Source of the DNA: Planctomycetota bacterium
Lineage (GTDB): Bacteria > Planctomycetota > GCA-002687715 > CAIWVZ01
Assembly: GCA_044222185.1 (NCBI GenBank)
Contig: JBGANV010000003.1
Location: 256,001-320,000 of the forward strand
DNA: 64,000 nucleotides
Direction: 5' to 3'
Below the pieces are notes generated by a model. The model was given only the letters and a program-made list of their open reading frames with translations. It had not been told where the DNA came from and ran no database searches. Positions 38,360 to 46,786 of the stretch are shown here, piece by piece. Made by a program: the position numbers and the translations under genes. Each line of letters starts with the position of its first letter. Position 1 is the first letter of the stretch.

Positions 38360-39397
38360 TCATTTCCGGAAAAAGAAGAGGACGGCAACGGCCACCGCAG
38401 CGCCGAGCAGCACGGCGCCGCCCCAAACGAGAGCCGGCGATACCGACCGCCTCGGGCGCGACGACGAAATGATCACGCGCTGCCGCGACGTGGACTGGCT
38501 TGCAGGCGAAGCCGTCCGCTTGGCTCCCGGACGCGTGGCAGGGCGCGGCACTGCGGGCACCGGCATGCCGCCCGTCGCCCCTGCCGAAGCCGGATCGGGG
38601 TGCGTTTGGGCACGAGGCATTTCGACGGTCGCAACGCTCCGCGCGCTGGCGACCGGCCCGGTTGCGGCGGTTCCGGCCGTGCCGTGGCCATGCGCGGGAG
38701 CCGGAGCCGTGGGCGCGGCATGCACTCGCGGAGTCGGCGGAGCCATGGCTGGCCGGGGCGCACCGGCCGTCGCAGGTGCGGAAACCGCCGCTTTCGCCGC
38801 CGGCTTCTCGTCTGCGAGCATCTTCACCTTCTGGAGCACGAGCATCGAAAGGCCCTTGAACGTCTCGACGACGCCCGTGCCTTTCGCCGCGACCGCCTCG
38901 AATGTCGGGACGTTGAAGCGGTTGAGCGTTCGGTTCATCTCGTCGAGCGTGAGCGCGTTCGGCAGGTCGCGCTTGTTGAACTGGATGACGTGCGGCATCT
39001 CGCACAGGGACCGGCCTTGTTCGCGCAGGCAGTCCTCCAGGTTCTGGAGCGACTCGACGTTCTCGGCCATCTTCTCCGGGTTGCTGTCGGCGACGAACAC
39101 GACGCCGTCGGCGCCCCGCAGGACGAGCTTGCGAGTGGAGTTGTAATAGACCTGCCCAGGAACCGTGTAGAGCTGGAACTTCGTCTTCATCCCGCCGACG
39201 GTGCCGAGGTGGAGGGGCATGAAATCGAAGAACAGCGTCCGGTCCGACTCGGTCGCGATCGACGAAAGAACGCCACGACTCTCGTCCGGCGCCTTCTGGT
39301 GAACGACCTCGAGATTGGTCGTCTTTCCGGAAAGGCCAGGTCCGAAATACACGACCTTGCAGTTGATCTCTCGAAGGGCCAGGTTGAACTGCACCAC
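38360..39397 (-). CDS. mglA: MglA small GTPase with C-terminal Pro/Ala linker and TM tail anchor
   Basis: REINCKVVYFGPGLSGKTT, DRTLFFDF, TVPGQ, NKRD; C-terminal LVWGGAVLLGAAVAVAVLFFFRK. Confidence 0.92.
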   Translation of the reverse strand: MVQFNLALREINCKVVYFGPGLSGKTTNLEVVHQKAPDESRGVLSSIATESDRTLFFDFMPLHLGTVGGMKTKFQLYTVPGQVYYNSTRKLVLRGADGVVFVADSNPEKMAENVESLQNLEDCLREQGRSLCEMPHVIQFNKRDLPNALTLDEMNRTLNRFNVPTFEAVAAKGTGVVETFKGLSMLVLQKVKMLADEKPAAKAAVSAPATAGAPRPAMAPPTPRVHAAPTAPAPAHGHGTAGTAATGPVASARSVATVEMPRAQTHPDPASAGATGGMPVPAVPRPATRPGAKRTASPASQSTSRQRVIISSSRPRRSVSPALVWGGAVLLGAAVAVAVLFFFRK

Positions 39398-39412
39398 GAC
39401 AACTACCCCCCG

Positions 39413-39766
39413 TCAGACGGTGATTTGACCGAGCTTCCGCAACGTCTTCGCGGCGCTCTCGATGTCCAGGAGACCTTGATCGAGGTCGATGTGACGATCG
39501 GTCACGACGACCAGGTACGCGTTTCCGAGATCGGTGACGATCACTTTGCCGCGGGTCGCCACCATGACGAGCCGTGACATTCCGCCGTCGCCGCATTGGC
39601 GTACGACGCTTTGAGCTCCCGCGAGCAATGATGAGACGAGGGCTGCCGCCGTGTCAGGGTCGAGTGAACCTCGAAGCCGTGACGCGACGACGATCCCGTC
39701 GGGTGTCGCCACCAGGCTGCCGGAGATTCCCGGCAGCGAATTCAATTCGTCGAGGACCTCGATCAT
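39413..39766 (-). CDS. Roadblock/LC7 domain protein
   Basis: LNSLPGISGSLVATPDGIVVAS...AAAL roadblock pattern. Confidence 0.85.
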   Translation of the reverse strand: MIEVLDELNSLPGISGSLVATPDGIVVASRLRGSLDPDTAAALVSSLLAGAQSVVRQCGDGGMSRLVMVATRGKVIVTDLGNAYLVVVTDRHIDLDQGLLDIESAAKTLRKLGQITV

Positions 39767-39775
39767 GAACGTTTC

Positions 39776-40885
39776 CTATCGGGAGCGATCCACCGCAGCC
39801 GCCACGTCTCGGGCAGCCTCGCGGACCGCATCCAAGTGACTCGATGTGATGGCGACGACGAGCACGAGGGCGCTCCAGCCACCGACGACGACGATCGTCT
39901 TGCGCCCCGAGACGATCTCCGTCTCCTGGAAGGCGCCGATTCCGATCCGCCGCGCGCACACGGAGACCGTGCGCCGCATCATCCCTGCGAGGGCGAGGAA
40001 TGGGTCGGGCTCGGATGAATCCGCCTCGCGAACCTGCCCCTGCATCGCGACGAGTTCGTGCGCCGGATGAACGAAGGCCACGCGCTCGACGCCGCCCAAT
40101 TCGGAGAGGCCTCGCAGCGCGCGCGACAGCTTGGGCTTCAGCCCGGGCGCCGCGCCGAGACGGCGGCGATCGCGCGGACGCCATGCGTCGAACGGACGGT
40201 CCCGGTCTTCGACGGTCTGGATGAGCACGTCGATCGTCGAGGTCTCCAGGGGTAGTCCCGTGAGGCAGTCCTTCAGACATTCGCCGTCCGGGTCGTTCGC
40301 CCGGAGATCGAGCAGCGCGTAGACGTGGTGGAGCGCGCTCGCGACGGCGCCGACGTAGTAGTAGGCCTCCGCGAGCGCGAGGTGAGCGTCAGAGTCGTTG
40401 GGCTTTCGTTCCACGACGAGGAGCCATGACCGCACCGCGGCAAGGCCGTCCGCAGCGACATGGTCCCGGGTGAAGCGTCGCCACAGGATCCGCGCGCGCG
40501 CCGCGACCGCGTCCGGCGAGTCCGGATTCGCCGCGCAGAAGCGGTCGGCAACCCCCAGGGCCAGGTCGAGTTCCTCTGCCTGACCGTAGTGATCGATGAG
40601 CGCCGAGAAGTCGCCGCCGTCGCCGCGGCCGTCGACGCGCCCGACGAGCTCGAGTTCGCGTCCCCGTCCGACCTGCCGCCAGATCAGACGCAGCTGATCT
40701 GCCATCTCTCGCGAGCGCGGGAACCTCTCGACCCCGGCCCGGGCGGCGTCCATGGCGCGGTCCCAGCGGCCCTGTCGCACCAGGGCGCGGCACTCTGCCA
40801 GGATGGCCCGAGGACCGTCGGTCGGCGGCGCCCGTCGGGACGCCTCCACCCGCGGTTTGGTTGTGCGTTTGAGAAAGCCCAGCAT
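39776..40885 (-). CDS. TPR protein with C-terminal roadblock-like domain
   Basis: TPR motifs (DAHLALAEAYYYVG); C-terminal LSELGGVERVAFV...GIGAFQETEI roadblock-like fold; ATG at 40885. Confidence 0.7.
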   Translation of the reverse strand: MLGFLKRTTKPRVEASRRAPPTDGPRAILAECRALVRQGRWDRAMDAARAGVERFPRSREMADQLRLIWRQVGRGRELELVGRVDGRGDGGDFSALIDHYGQAEELDLALGVADRFCAANPDSPDAVAARARILWRRFTRDHVAADGLAAVRSWLLVVERKPNDSDAHLALAEAYYYVGAVASALHHVYALLDLRANDPDGECLKDCLTGLPLETSTIDVLIQTVEDRDRPFDAWRPRDRRRLGAAPGLKPKLSRALRGLSELGGVERVAFVHPAHELVAMQGQVREADSSEPDPFLALAGMMRRTVSVCARRIGIGAFQETEIVSGRKTIVVVGGWSALVLVVAITSSHLDAVREAARDVAAAVDRSR

Positions 40886-40960
40886 CACTCCACAGCCTGA
40901 CGCGTGTTCGAGCCCGGTGCCGGCACGCAAAAACGCGGGCGCGGCGGAGGACCTTCCCGT

Positions 40961-40989
40961 TTATCGGTAGGACAGAGGCAGTTCGTTGA
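40961..40989 (-). promoter_or_regulatory. Sigma28-like promoter of the mgl operon
   Basis: Minus strand TCAA-N17-ACCGATAA, same geometry as the fliD motif. Confidence 0.45.
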
Positions 40990-41451
40990 CGGCAGCCCGC
41001 GCGATCCACGGAACCCGGTCCGCCCGCGTAGAAATGGGTCGCGCGGCTGCGCGACCTCACGCCTCCGCCGACGTGATCGCACGCAAAGGCGCGCCGGCGC
41101 GCCTGCTCGGAGCGTCCGGGACCCGCCGACGCTGCTGATAGTTGCAGTTCCCGGCTGGAACGGCCGGCCCCGGACGCGCCCCGAGCTTCTCGATCCGTCG
41201 TCGAGAACCGCGGAGGAAACCCGGCGAAGCATCTTCCTGCGCGCGTCCGACGATCAGGCCGGCCCTCGCGACGATGCGTCACCTCCCCGTTGCCGCCTCT
41301 CCGCGGCGACCAGTCTCTTGCCCAGCCACCGGTCGACGGATAGACTCGCCGCGTCGTAGGGGATCCCGCGCGGACCCCGTGGCGCGAGTGGGCGATCAGG
41401 TGGCTCTGAGCCCCTCGCATCAAACAGACAACGTCGGCCCGACCGGCCGGC

Positions 41452-41560
41452 ATGACAATGGAAAGCGGATGGGGTTGTGTGTCTCAATACACGTAAAACT
41501 CCCTCCTTCCTCTCTACGCCTGAAATCTAGCTCCTCGTCTGCTTTCCACTTTCAAACGAG
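41452..41560 (+). ncRNA. Candidate structured small RNA or leader element
   Basis: Low-GC island; TGGAAAGCGGA (41459-41469) pairs with TCTGCTTTCCA (41538-41548); internal C/U-rich tract; directly precedes a strong terminator. Confidence 0.4.
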
Positions 41561-41598
41561 ACAGTTCCGATCAGATGCTGATCGGAACTGTTTTTTTT
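41561..41598 (+). terminator. Strong Rho-independent terminator
   Basis: Perfect 14-bp stem ACAGTTCCGATCAG-ATG-CTGATCGGAACTGT running into a T8 tract (41591-41598). Confidence 0.9.
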
Positions 41599-41738
41599 GA
41601 CGGAGCACGTTGCCGCAGCGCCCGTTTGCTTGAGCAAGCGTTCGCCGCTGATAACATCGCGGCCCGTCAAGCATTAACTGAGCGAAGCCAACGACTTACG
41701 TTCAGCATCCTTCACGCCGAGTGCGCGGAGAGCCATCG

Positions 41739-43634
41739 ATGAAGGCGTGTGCCCATTTCCTGCCGTTCGTTCTGATCGCGACATTCTGCGCAGCTCCGCT
41801 CGCCGCGCAGGAACACCCCAAGCCCAGCGCGGAGGTCGACGCGACGGTGCCCGTCAAGCCGGCCACGCCGGTGCCGCAGCCGCCCACGCAGCCGAACGTC
41901 CTGCAGCCGCAGGGCGTCGAGAAGCCCGCCGATCCGAGCAAGGTGCGCGCGACCTTCGAGCTGCAGGGCGCCACGGTCCCGATCACCGAAGGCGAGTTCT
42001 ACGACGCGTACCGGCGCCTCGAGAAGTTCGACACCAAGCAGGGCATGAAGATCACCGTCGAGCGCGCGTACGAGCACCTGCTCTCCTACGCAGAGGCCAA
42101 GGCCCTCGGACTCGAGGCGACGGCAGAAGAGGTCGCGCTCTACGACCCGCTCGCCTCCAATCCCGAGCTCGCCAAGCAGACGCGTGAGCGCTGGGAGAAG
42201 GATGGCATCACGCAGGCGATGTACGACGCCTTCCAGCGGGAATCCCGCACGATCCAGAAGGCGAAGGACCTCTTCGCGAACTCGGTCCGCGTCTCGTCGA
42301 GCGAGATCTTCGACATGTACCGCCGAGACCACTACACCTACCGACTCGAGTACGTCGAGTTCCTCGCGTCCGCCTACGCGGCCGAACTCCGGCAGGCGAA
42401 ACCGACGGATGCGGACCTGAAGAAGTTCTGGGACGAGAACACGATGGTGCAGAACAAGCACCGGATGCAGGCGACGGTCACGGCGGACTTCGTCTACTTC
42501 GACCCGGCGATGTCATCGGGGAACGCCGTCGAGACACGAACGGTCCCCCGCGAAGAGGCCATCGCCTACTACCAGAAGCACAAGGCGCGGCTCGACTCGC
42601 AGATCCCGTCCGAGCGCCGCAAAGAGCTCTACCCCACCGGCCAGGCGGACCTGACGTCGCTCGTCACGCCGTTCTCCATACTCCGCCCGATCATCGAGCG
42701 GGAGATCCTGCTGTCGGGTCGGGTCGCGACGGCATTCCAGGAGGCCAAGGCGGGTGCAACCGATCTGAAGGCGCTCGCCGCGAAGCACGGTCTCGGTTTC
42801 GTACACATCGAAAAGGCGAACCGGGACGTGATGGCCCAGCAGCACCTGCGGTTCGGCGCGCAGGCGTTCCCGGTGCTTTCGAACCTGAACCCGAACACGC
42901 TGTCGGACGAAGTGAAGATGGAGGGGCAGCTCCACTTCTTCTATCGCCTCCTCGACAAGGAGCAGAGCCGCCTCCCAGACTTCGCCAGCGTCCGCGAGCA
43001 GATCCTCGGCGACTACATCGAGACGACCTCGCTCCAGCGCGCGCAGAACGCCGCCCAGGAGTTCCGCAACTCGATCGACAAGAAGGTGGATCAAGAAATC
43101 GCGGCCGAGCAGGAAACCCAACTCGGCAAGGCCGAAGCGGATGCCAACGCCGAGATCAAGCGTGACAACGTCACGGACGGTCGCCAGATCGAGGGAATCA
43201 AGGCGCGGTATCGACTCCAGGCCGAAGCCAAGATCCGCCAGATGAAGGACGGGATGGCTCCGAAGTACTTCGCTCAAGCGGTCACGGACGCAAAGCTGAA
43301 GCTTCTCGATACGGGCCCGTTCGAAGTCGGCATCCCGCGCGGTGACCGCGGCGCGAACCCCGAGGATGCACAGGCTCGCATCGACTTCCTGAAGACGGCC
43401 TACCAGGTCCGCACGATGGAGGTCGGTCAGATCAGCACGGTCCTGAGCGACGCCGTGACGAAGTCCCACTTCGTCGTTCGCGTGGTCGAGAAGGCCGAGC
43501 CCGACTTCACGAAGATGACCGACAGCGAGATCCTGTCGTTCCGCTCGTCGATCGAGCGCAACAAGTCGTTCCAGGCCGTGTACCGCTGGACCTACTACGA
43601 GATCTCGCGGCGCTGCAACCTCGTCGTCAAGTGA
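41739..43634 (+). CDS. Periplasmic chaperone, SurA/PpiD-like
   Basis: Signal peptide; LLSYAEAKALGL, VSSSEIFDMY, TDADLKKFW and VGQISTVL...HFVVRV resemble PpiD/parvulin-like proteins. Confidence 0.7.
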   Translation: MKACAHFLPFVLIATFCAAPLAAQEHPKPSAEVDATVPVKPATPVPQPPTQPNVLQPQGVEKPADPSKVRATFELQGATVPITEGEFYDAYRRLEKFDTKQGMKITVERAYEHLLSYAEAKALGLEATAEEVALYDPLASNPELAKQTRERWEKDGITQAMYDAFQRESRTIQKAKDLFANSVRVSSSEIFDMYRRDHYTYRLEYVEFLASAYAAELRQAKPTDADLKKFWDENTMVQNKHRMQATVTADFVYFDPAMSSGNAVETRTVPREEAIAYYQKHKARLDSQIPSERRKELYPTGQADLTSLVTPFSILRPIIEREILLSGRVATAFQEAKAGATDLKALAAKHGLGFVHIEKANRDVMAQQHLRFGAQAFPVLSNLNPNTLSDEVKMEGQLHFFYRLLDKEQSRLPDFASVREQILGDYIETTSLQRAQNAAQEFRNSIDKKVDQEIAAEQETQLGKAEADANAEIKRDNVTDGRQIEGIKARYRLQAEAKIRQMKDGMAPKYFAQAVTDAKLKLLDTGPFEVGIPRGDRGANPEDAQARIDFLKTAYQVRTMEVGQISTVLSDAVTKSHFVVRVVEKAEPDFTKMTDSEILSFRSSIERNKSFQAVYRWTYYEISRRCNLVVK

Positions 43635-43663
43635 CCGAAGCCACGGTGAACGGAGTTCGAGAC

Positions 43664-44629
43664 ATGATTCGCATGAAGACCATCACCCAGCTCGCGGCCA
43701 TCGTCGTGTTGACGGCGGCTCACGTCGTCGCTCAGGAGAGCGCGGCGGCAATCTGGAAGGATCTCGAGGCAGCCCTTCCCCGCCACGGGACATCGACGTT
43801 CCAGGCGACGCCCCCGACGCCCAGTGCCGCCATCGACTGGCAGTCCGTCATGGAGAAGACGGAAGGTCTGATGGTGCGCGGCGCAGATTCGGCAGTCGAG
43901 CCCTTCGCCATGTTCTACGTGGCGAACTTCCAGTTCGAGACGGGCCGGCTCGACGAAGCCATGGCGCTCTACGACACGATCCGACAGAAGTTCCCGAAGC
44001 ACGCACTCGTCACTGCATCCCTGACCAAGGACACGAAGCCGCTCCTCGTTCAGGCGATCGAGGACTGCGCCTCCGAGATCGCGTGGCGCAAGAAGTACGC
44101 GCGCCCGCCGATGCAGGTCCCGGTTCTCAACGAGAAGCACACGGCGACGCTGCACCTTTCGGCCGGCGACGTCACGATCGCCTTCTTCGACAACGTGGCC
44201 CCGAACCACACGAAGAATTTCGACGAGCAGGTCGCCGCCGGGCGATTCGACGGCACCAAGGTCGGGCGGATCATGGCTGAAACCGTCGTGAACCTGGGAG
44301 ACCAGGCGACCAAGGCGGATCCGACCGCGCAACCGACTGGCCGCGCTCCGCAATCGCAGTTGCCGTCGATCGCACCAGAGTATTCGAACCTCTCGCACAC
44401 GCGCGGGATGGTCGCGATGTCGCGCAACATGGGCGCAAATGAAAGCTCGGCGACGCAGTTCCAGATCATCTTGAAGGACCAACCGCACCTCGATTTCCAG
44501 CAGACGATCTTCGGCAAGGTGATCTCCGGCCTCGAAGTCGTCGATCAGATCTCGAAGGCGATGAAGAACCAGTTCGAGGTCCCGGCCGCCGACGTGATGC
44601 TGAAGGGCATCACGATGAAGAAGCCGTGA
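43664..44629 (+). CDS. Secreted cyclophilin-type PPIase with N-terminal TPR
   Basis: APNHTKNF, HTRGMVAMSR, SATQFQI, TIFGKVISGLEVVDQI. Confidence 0.88.
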   Translation: MIRMKTITQLAAIVVLTAAHVVAQESAAAIWKDLEAALPRHGTSTFQATPPTPSAAIDWQSVMEKTEGLMVRGADSAVEPFAMFYVANFQFETGRLDEAMALYDTIRQKFPKHALVTASLTKDTKPLLVQAIEDCASEIAWRKKYARPPMQVPVLNEKHTATLHLSAGDVTIAFFDNVAPNHTKNFDEQVAAGRFDGTKVGRIMAETVVNLGDQATKADPTAQPTGRAPQSQLPSIAPEYSNLSHTRGMVAMSRNMGANESSATQFQIILKDQPHLDFQQTIFGKVISGLEVVDQISKAMKNQFEVPAADVMLKGITMKKP

Positions 44630-44754
44630 TCTGACCTCTCCACGCCCGGAGCCGCACGCTCCCGGGCGACGGCGGCCGCCATGGCACCAACGGTGCTGGC
44701 GGCCGTTTTCATTGGCGACGACCCAGCGCGGCCGCGCGACCAGCGGCCGATCAC

Positions 44755-45984
44755 TCAGCGCGACGCCAGCAGGTCAGCGTGCTGAGAGAGCCACGCGTCG
44801 CGCACCGCGACCAGCCATCGCTCGCCGACCGCGACCTGCGTGCTCGTCAGCCCTCGGACCCATTCGACGTAGGTCGTGGGGCGCGTGACCCCGGCGAGCA
44901 GGGTCGACGTCGCATTGGCCGTGACGCTGATCTCCGGGACCCTCCCGAGCGTCGCGCGCGCCGTCTCCAGGCGGCCCCGAAACCCGCGCTGGAACGCCAC
45001 GTCACCGTCGTCACCAAGGTCGTGTTCAGCGCCGCTGAGGATCTCGGCCGACACGACCAGGTCGTCAGCAAGCCGCGCAAGCTGCTTCGTGCGCTCGTCC
45101 ACGGCCGCCGCGAGGAGAAGGTCCGCCGCCTCGATCGCGGACGTCGCGAATGCATCCCCACGGACGAGGTCGCGCCGGATCTGACGATAGAAGCTCCGTA
45201 ACGCGATCAGTTCGCTGATGTACGCGAGGTTTCGTTGCACCTTCCCGCGAGCCTTCGTGAAGATCCGTGGATCGAACGAACGCTCGCGGGCCGGCAACTG
45301 CTCGGCGTAGACGATGACGCCATCGCCCCTGTCGCGCCGGTACACCGAGCCCGCCGCGAGCACGCTGCCGTAACCCACCGCCATCGGGCCGACGACGCCA
45401 CAATTGCCCCCGAGGAAGATCCGTCGACCCCGGAGGAACACGCCCCGCACGACGTCACCGAACATCGACGGCGTCGCCTTGTCGCCGTGTTTGCCGTTCG
45501 GCGTGAAATTGAAGTGAATGAAGCCGCTCCCGACCTCGCTGTGATCCTCGGCGCTGCTGCCGCCAGCCAGAAGGCAGTCACAGAAGTTGATGAGGCTCCC
45601 CAGGGTCGCGAACGGAAGGAGGATGGTCTGTTTCGTTCCGACACCGTGGCCCGCGCGCGCGCCTTCCTCGAAAAGCGTGCCCGGGCGTGCATATCCCGCG
45701 GGACCGAATTGCGCACCATCGAGGAACACGGCGCCCTCGAACGTCCCGGCCGACAACTCGACGTCGCGACCGATGACGGAGTCACGAACGCACACGGGCC
45801 CGCCCGTGCCCAGGCGCGCCCCTCGGCCGACGGCGGTTTTCTCGCCGTGCAACCGCACCCAAGGCATCAGCGTCGCGCCCGCTTCGATGCGGTCGACGAC
45901 GACCTCCGGCGCGATGAAGACATGCTCCGGCGCCGGAATCTGGACGCCGCGAGCGATCAATTCCAACGTGACCTTTCCCGTCAT
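44755..45984 (-). CDS. GlmU-related left-handed beta-helix protein (no N-terminal uridyltransferase domain)
   Basis: Starts at the GlmU linker (LIARGVQIPAP); hexapeptide repeats; ARPGT, EVGSGFIHFNF, IFLGGNCGVVGP. Confidence 0.7.
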   Translation of the reverse strand: MTGKVTLELIARGVQIPAPEHVFIAPEVVVDRIEAGATLMPWVRLHGEKTAVGRGARLGTGGPVCVRDSVIGRDVELSAGTFEGAVFLDGAQFGPAGYARPGTLFEEGARAGHGVGTKQTILLPFATLGSLINFCDCLLAGGSSAEDHSEVGSGFIHFNFTPNGKHGDKATPSMFGDVVRGVFLRGRRIFLGGNCGVVGPMAVGYGSVLAAGSVYRRDRGDGVIVYAEQLPARERSFDPRIFTKARGKVQRNLAYISELIALRSFYRQIRRDLVRGDAFATSAIEAADLLLAAAVDERTKQLARLADDLVVSAEILSGAEHDLGDDGDVAFQRGFRGRLETARATLGRVPEISVTANATSTLLAGVTRPTTYVEWVRGLTSTQVAVGERWLVAVRDAWLSQHADLLASR

Positions 45985-46108
45985 GGACCCATGCTAATGT
46001 GCGCCCCTCCTCTCCGTCCACCGCCCCGGTCGATAGCGATGAGTGGTCGCACGCAGGTGGAAGCTCGAAGAGCCAGTGGATCCCCTGTCGGTTGGCCTGC
46101 AGAACGCC

Positions 46109-46777
46109 ATGCCCGATCAGCCGCTGATACCCGACGAACAAGTCGCAACCCTGATCGACCCGGACCTCCGCCGTGAGATCGGGGACCCGGTGCCGGTCAA
46201 GTTCGCCGCGACCGTGGTCTACCTGCCGCTGCTCCTGCTCGGGGTCGGCACGTCTGCGTTCTGGTTGAAGACGGTCCCGGGCCCGAACCTGAACCTCCGC
46301 ACGATCGCAATCGATCTCAGCGCGGGAACCGGCACGGCCCTCGTGCTCGTGATCGTCACCTACTTGCTTGCGAAGTACGTGAAGCCCTTCCACGAACTGG
46401 GGCGGGAATTCAGCAACGTACTCGGGACCATGTCGACGCGGGAGGTCCTGCAGATCGGTGCGCTGTCCGGCGCGGCGGAGGAACTCGTCTTCCGCGGGAC
46501 GATGCAACCATGGCTCGCAGGGCACATGGGAACCGGTTCAGCGATCGCCGTCACGAGCGTCGTGTTCGGGCTGTTGCATTTCGTTCCCTACCGGGTGTTT
46601 TTCCCGTTGACCGGGTTCGCCACGGTCGTGGGGCTCATCTGCGGCGCGCTGTTCGAGATGAACCACACGATCGTCGCTCCGATGGTGGCCCACGTGCTGT
46701 TGAACGCGATCAACCTGTGGCTGCTCGTCAGCACGCGCACGCCGGATCGCACGACGCCACGCCCCTCCGCCGGCTGA
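46109..46777 (+). CDS. CPBP/Abi family intramembrane glutamic endopeptidase
   Basis: AEELVFRG, FGLLH and AHVLLN motifs. Confidence 0.88.
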   Translation: MPDQPLIPDEQVATLIDPDLRREIGDPVPVKFAATVVYLPLLLLGVGTSAFWLKTVPGPNLNLRTIAIDLSAGTGTALVLVIVTYLLAKYVKPFHELGREFSNVLGTMSTREVLQIGALSGAAEELVFRGTMQPWLAGHMGTGSAIAVTSVVFGLLHFVPYRVFFPLTGFATVVGLICGALFEMNHTIVAPMVAHVLLNAINLWLLVSTRTPDRTTPRPSAG

Positions 46778-46786
46778 CCGCGCGGG

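Noticed and set aside
41452-41598. Possible 6S RNA, tRNA or known riboswitch
   Set aside because: The main hairpin is only ~90 nt and shows no cloverleaf, T-box or c-di-GMP consensus by eye; kept only as an unclassified RNA candidate.
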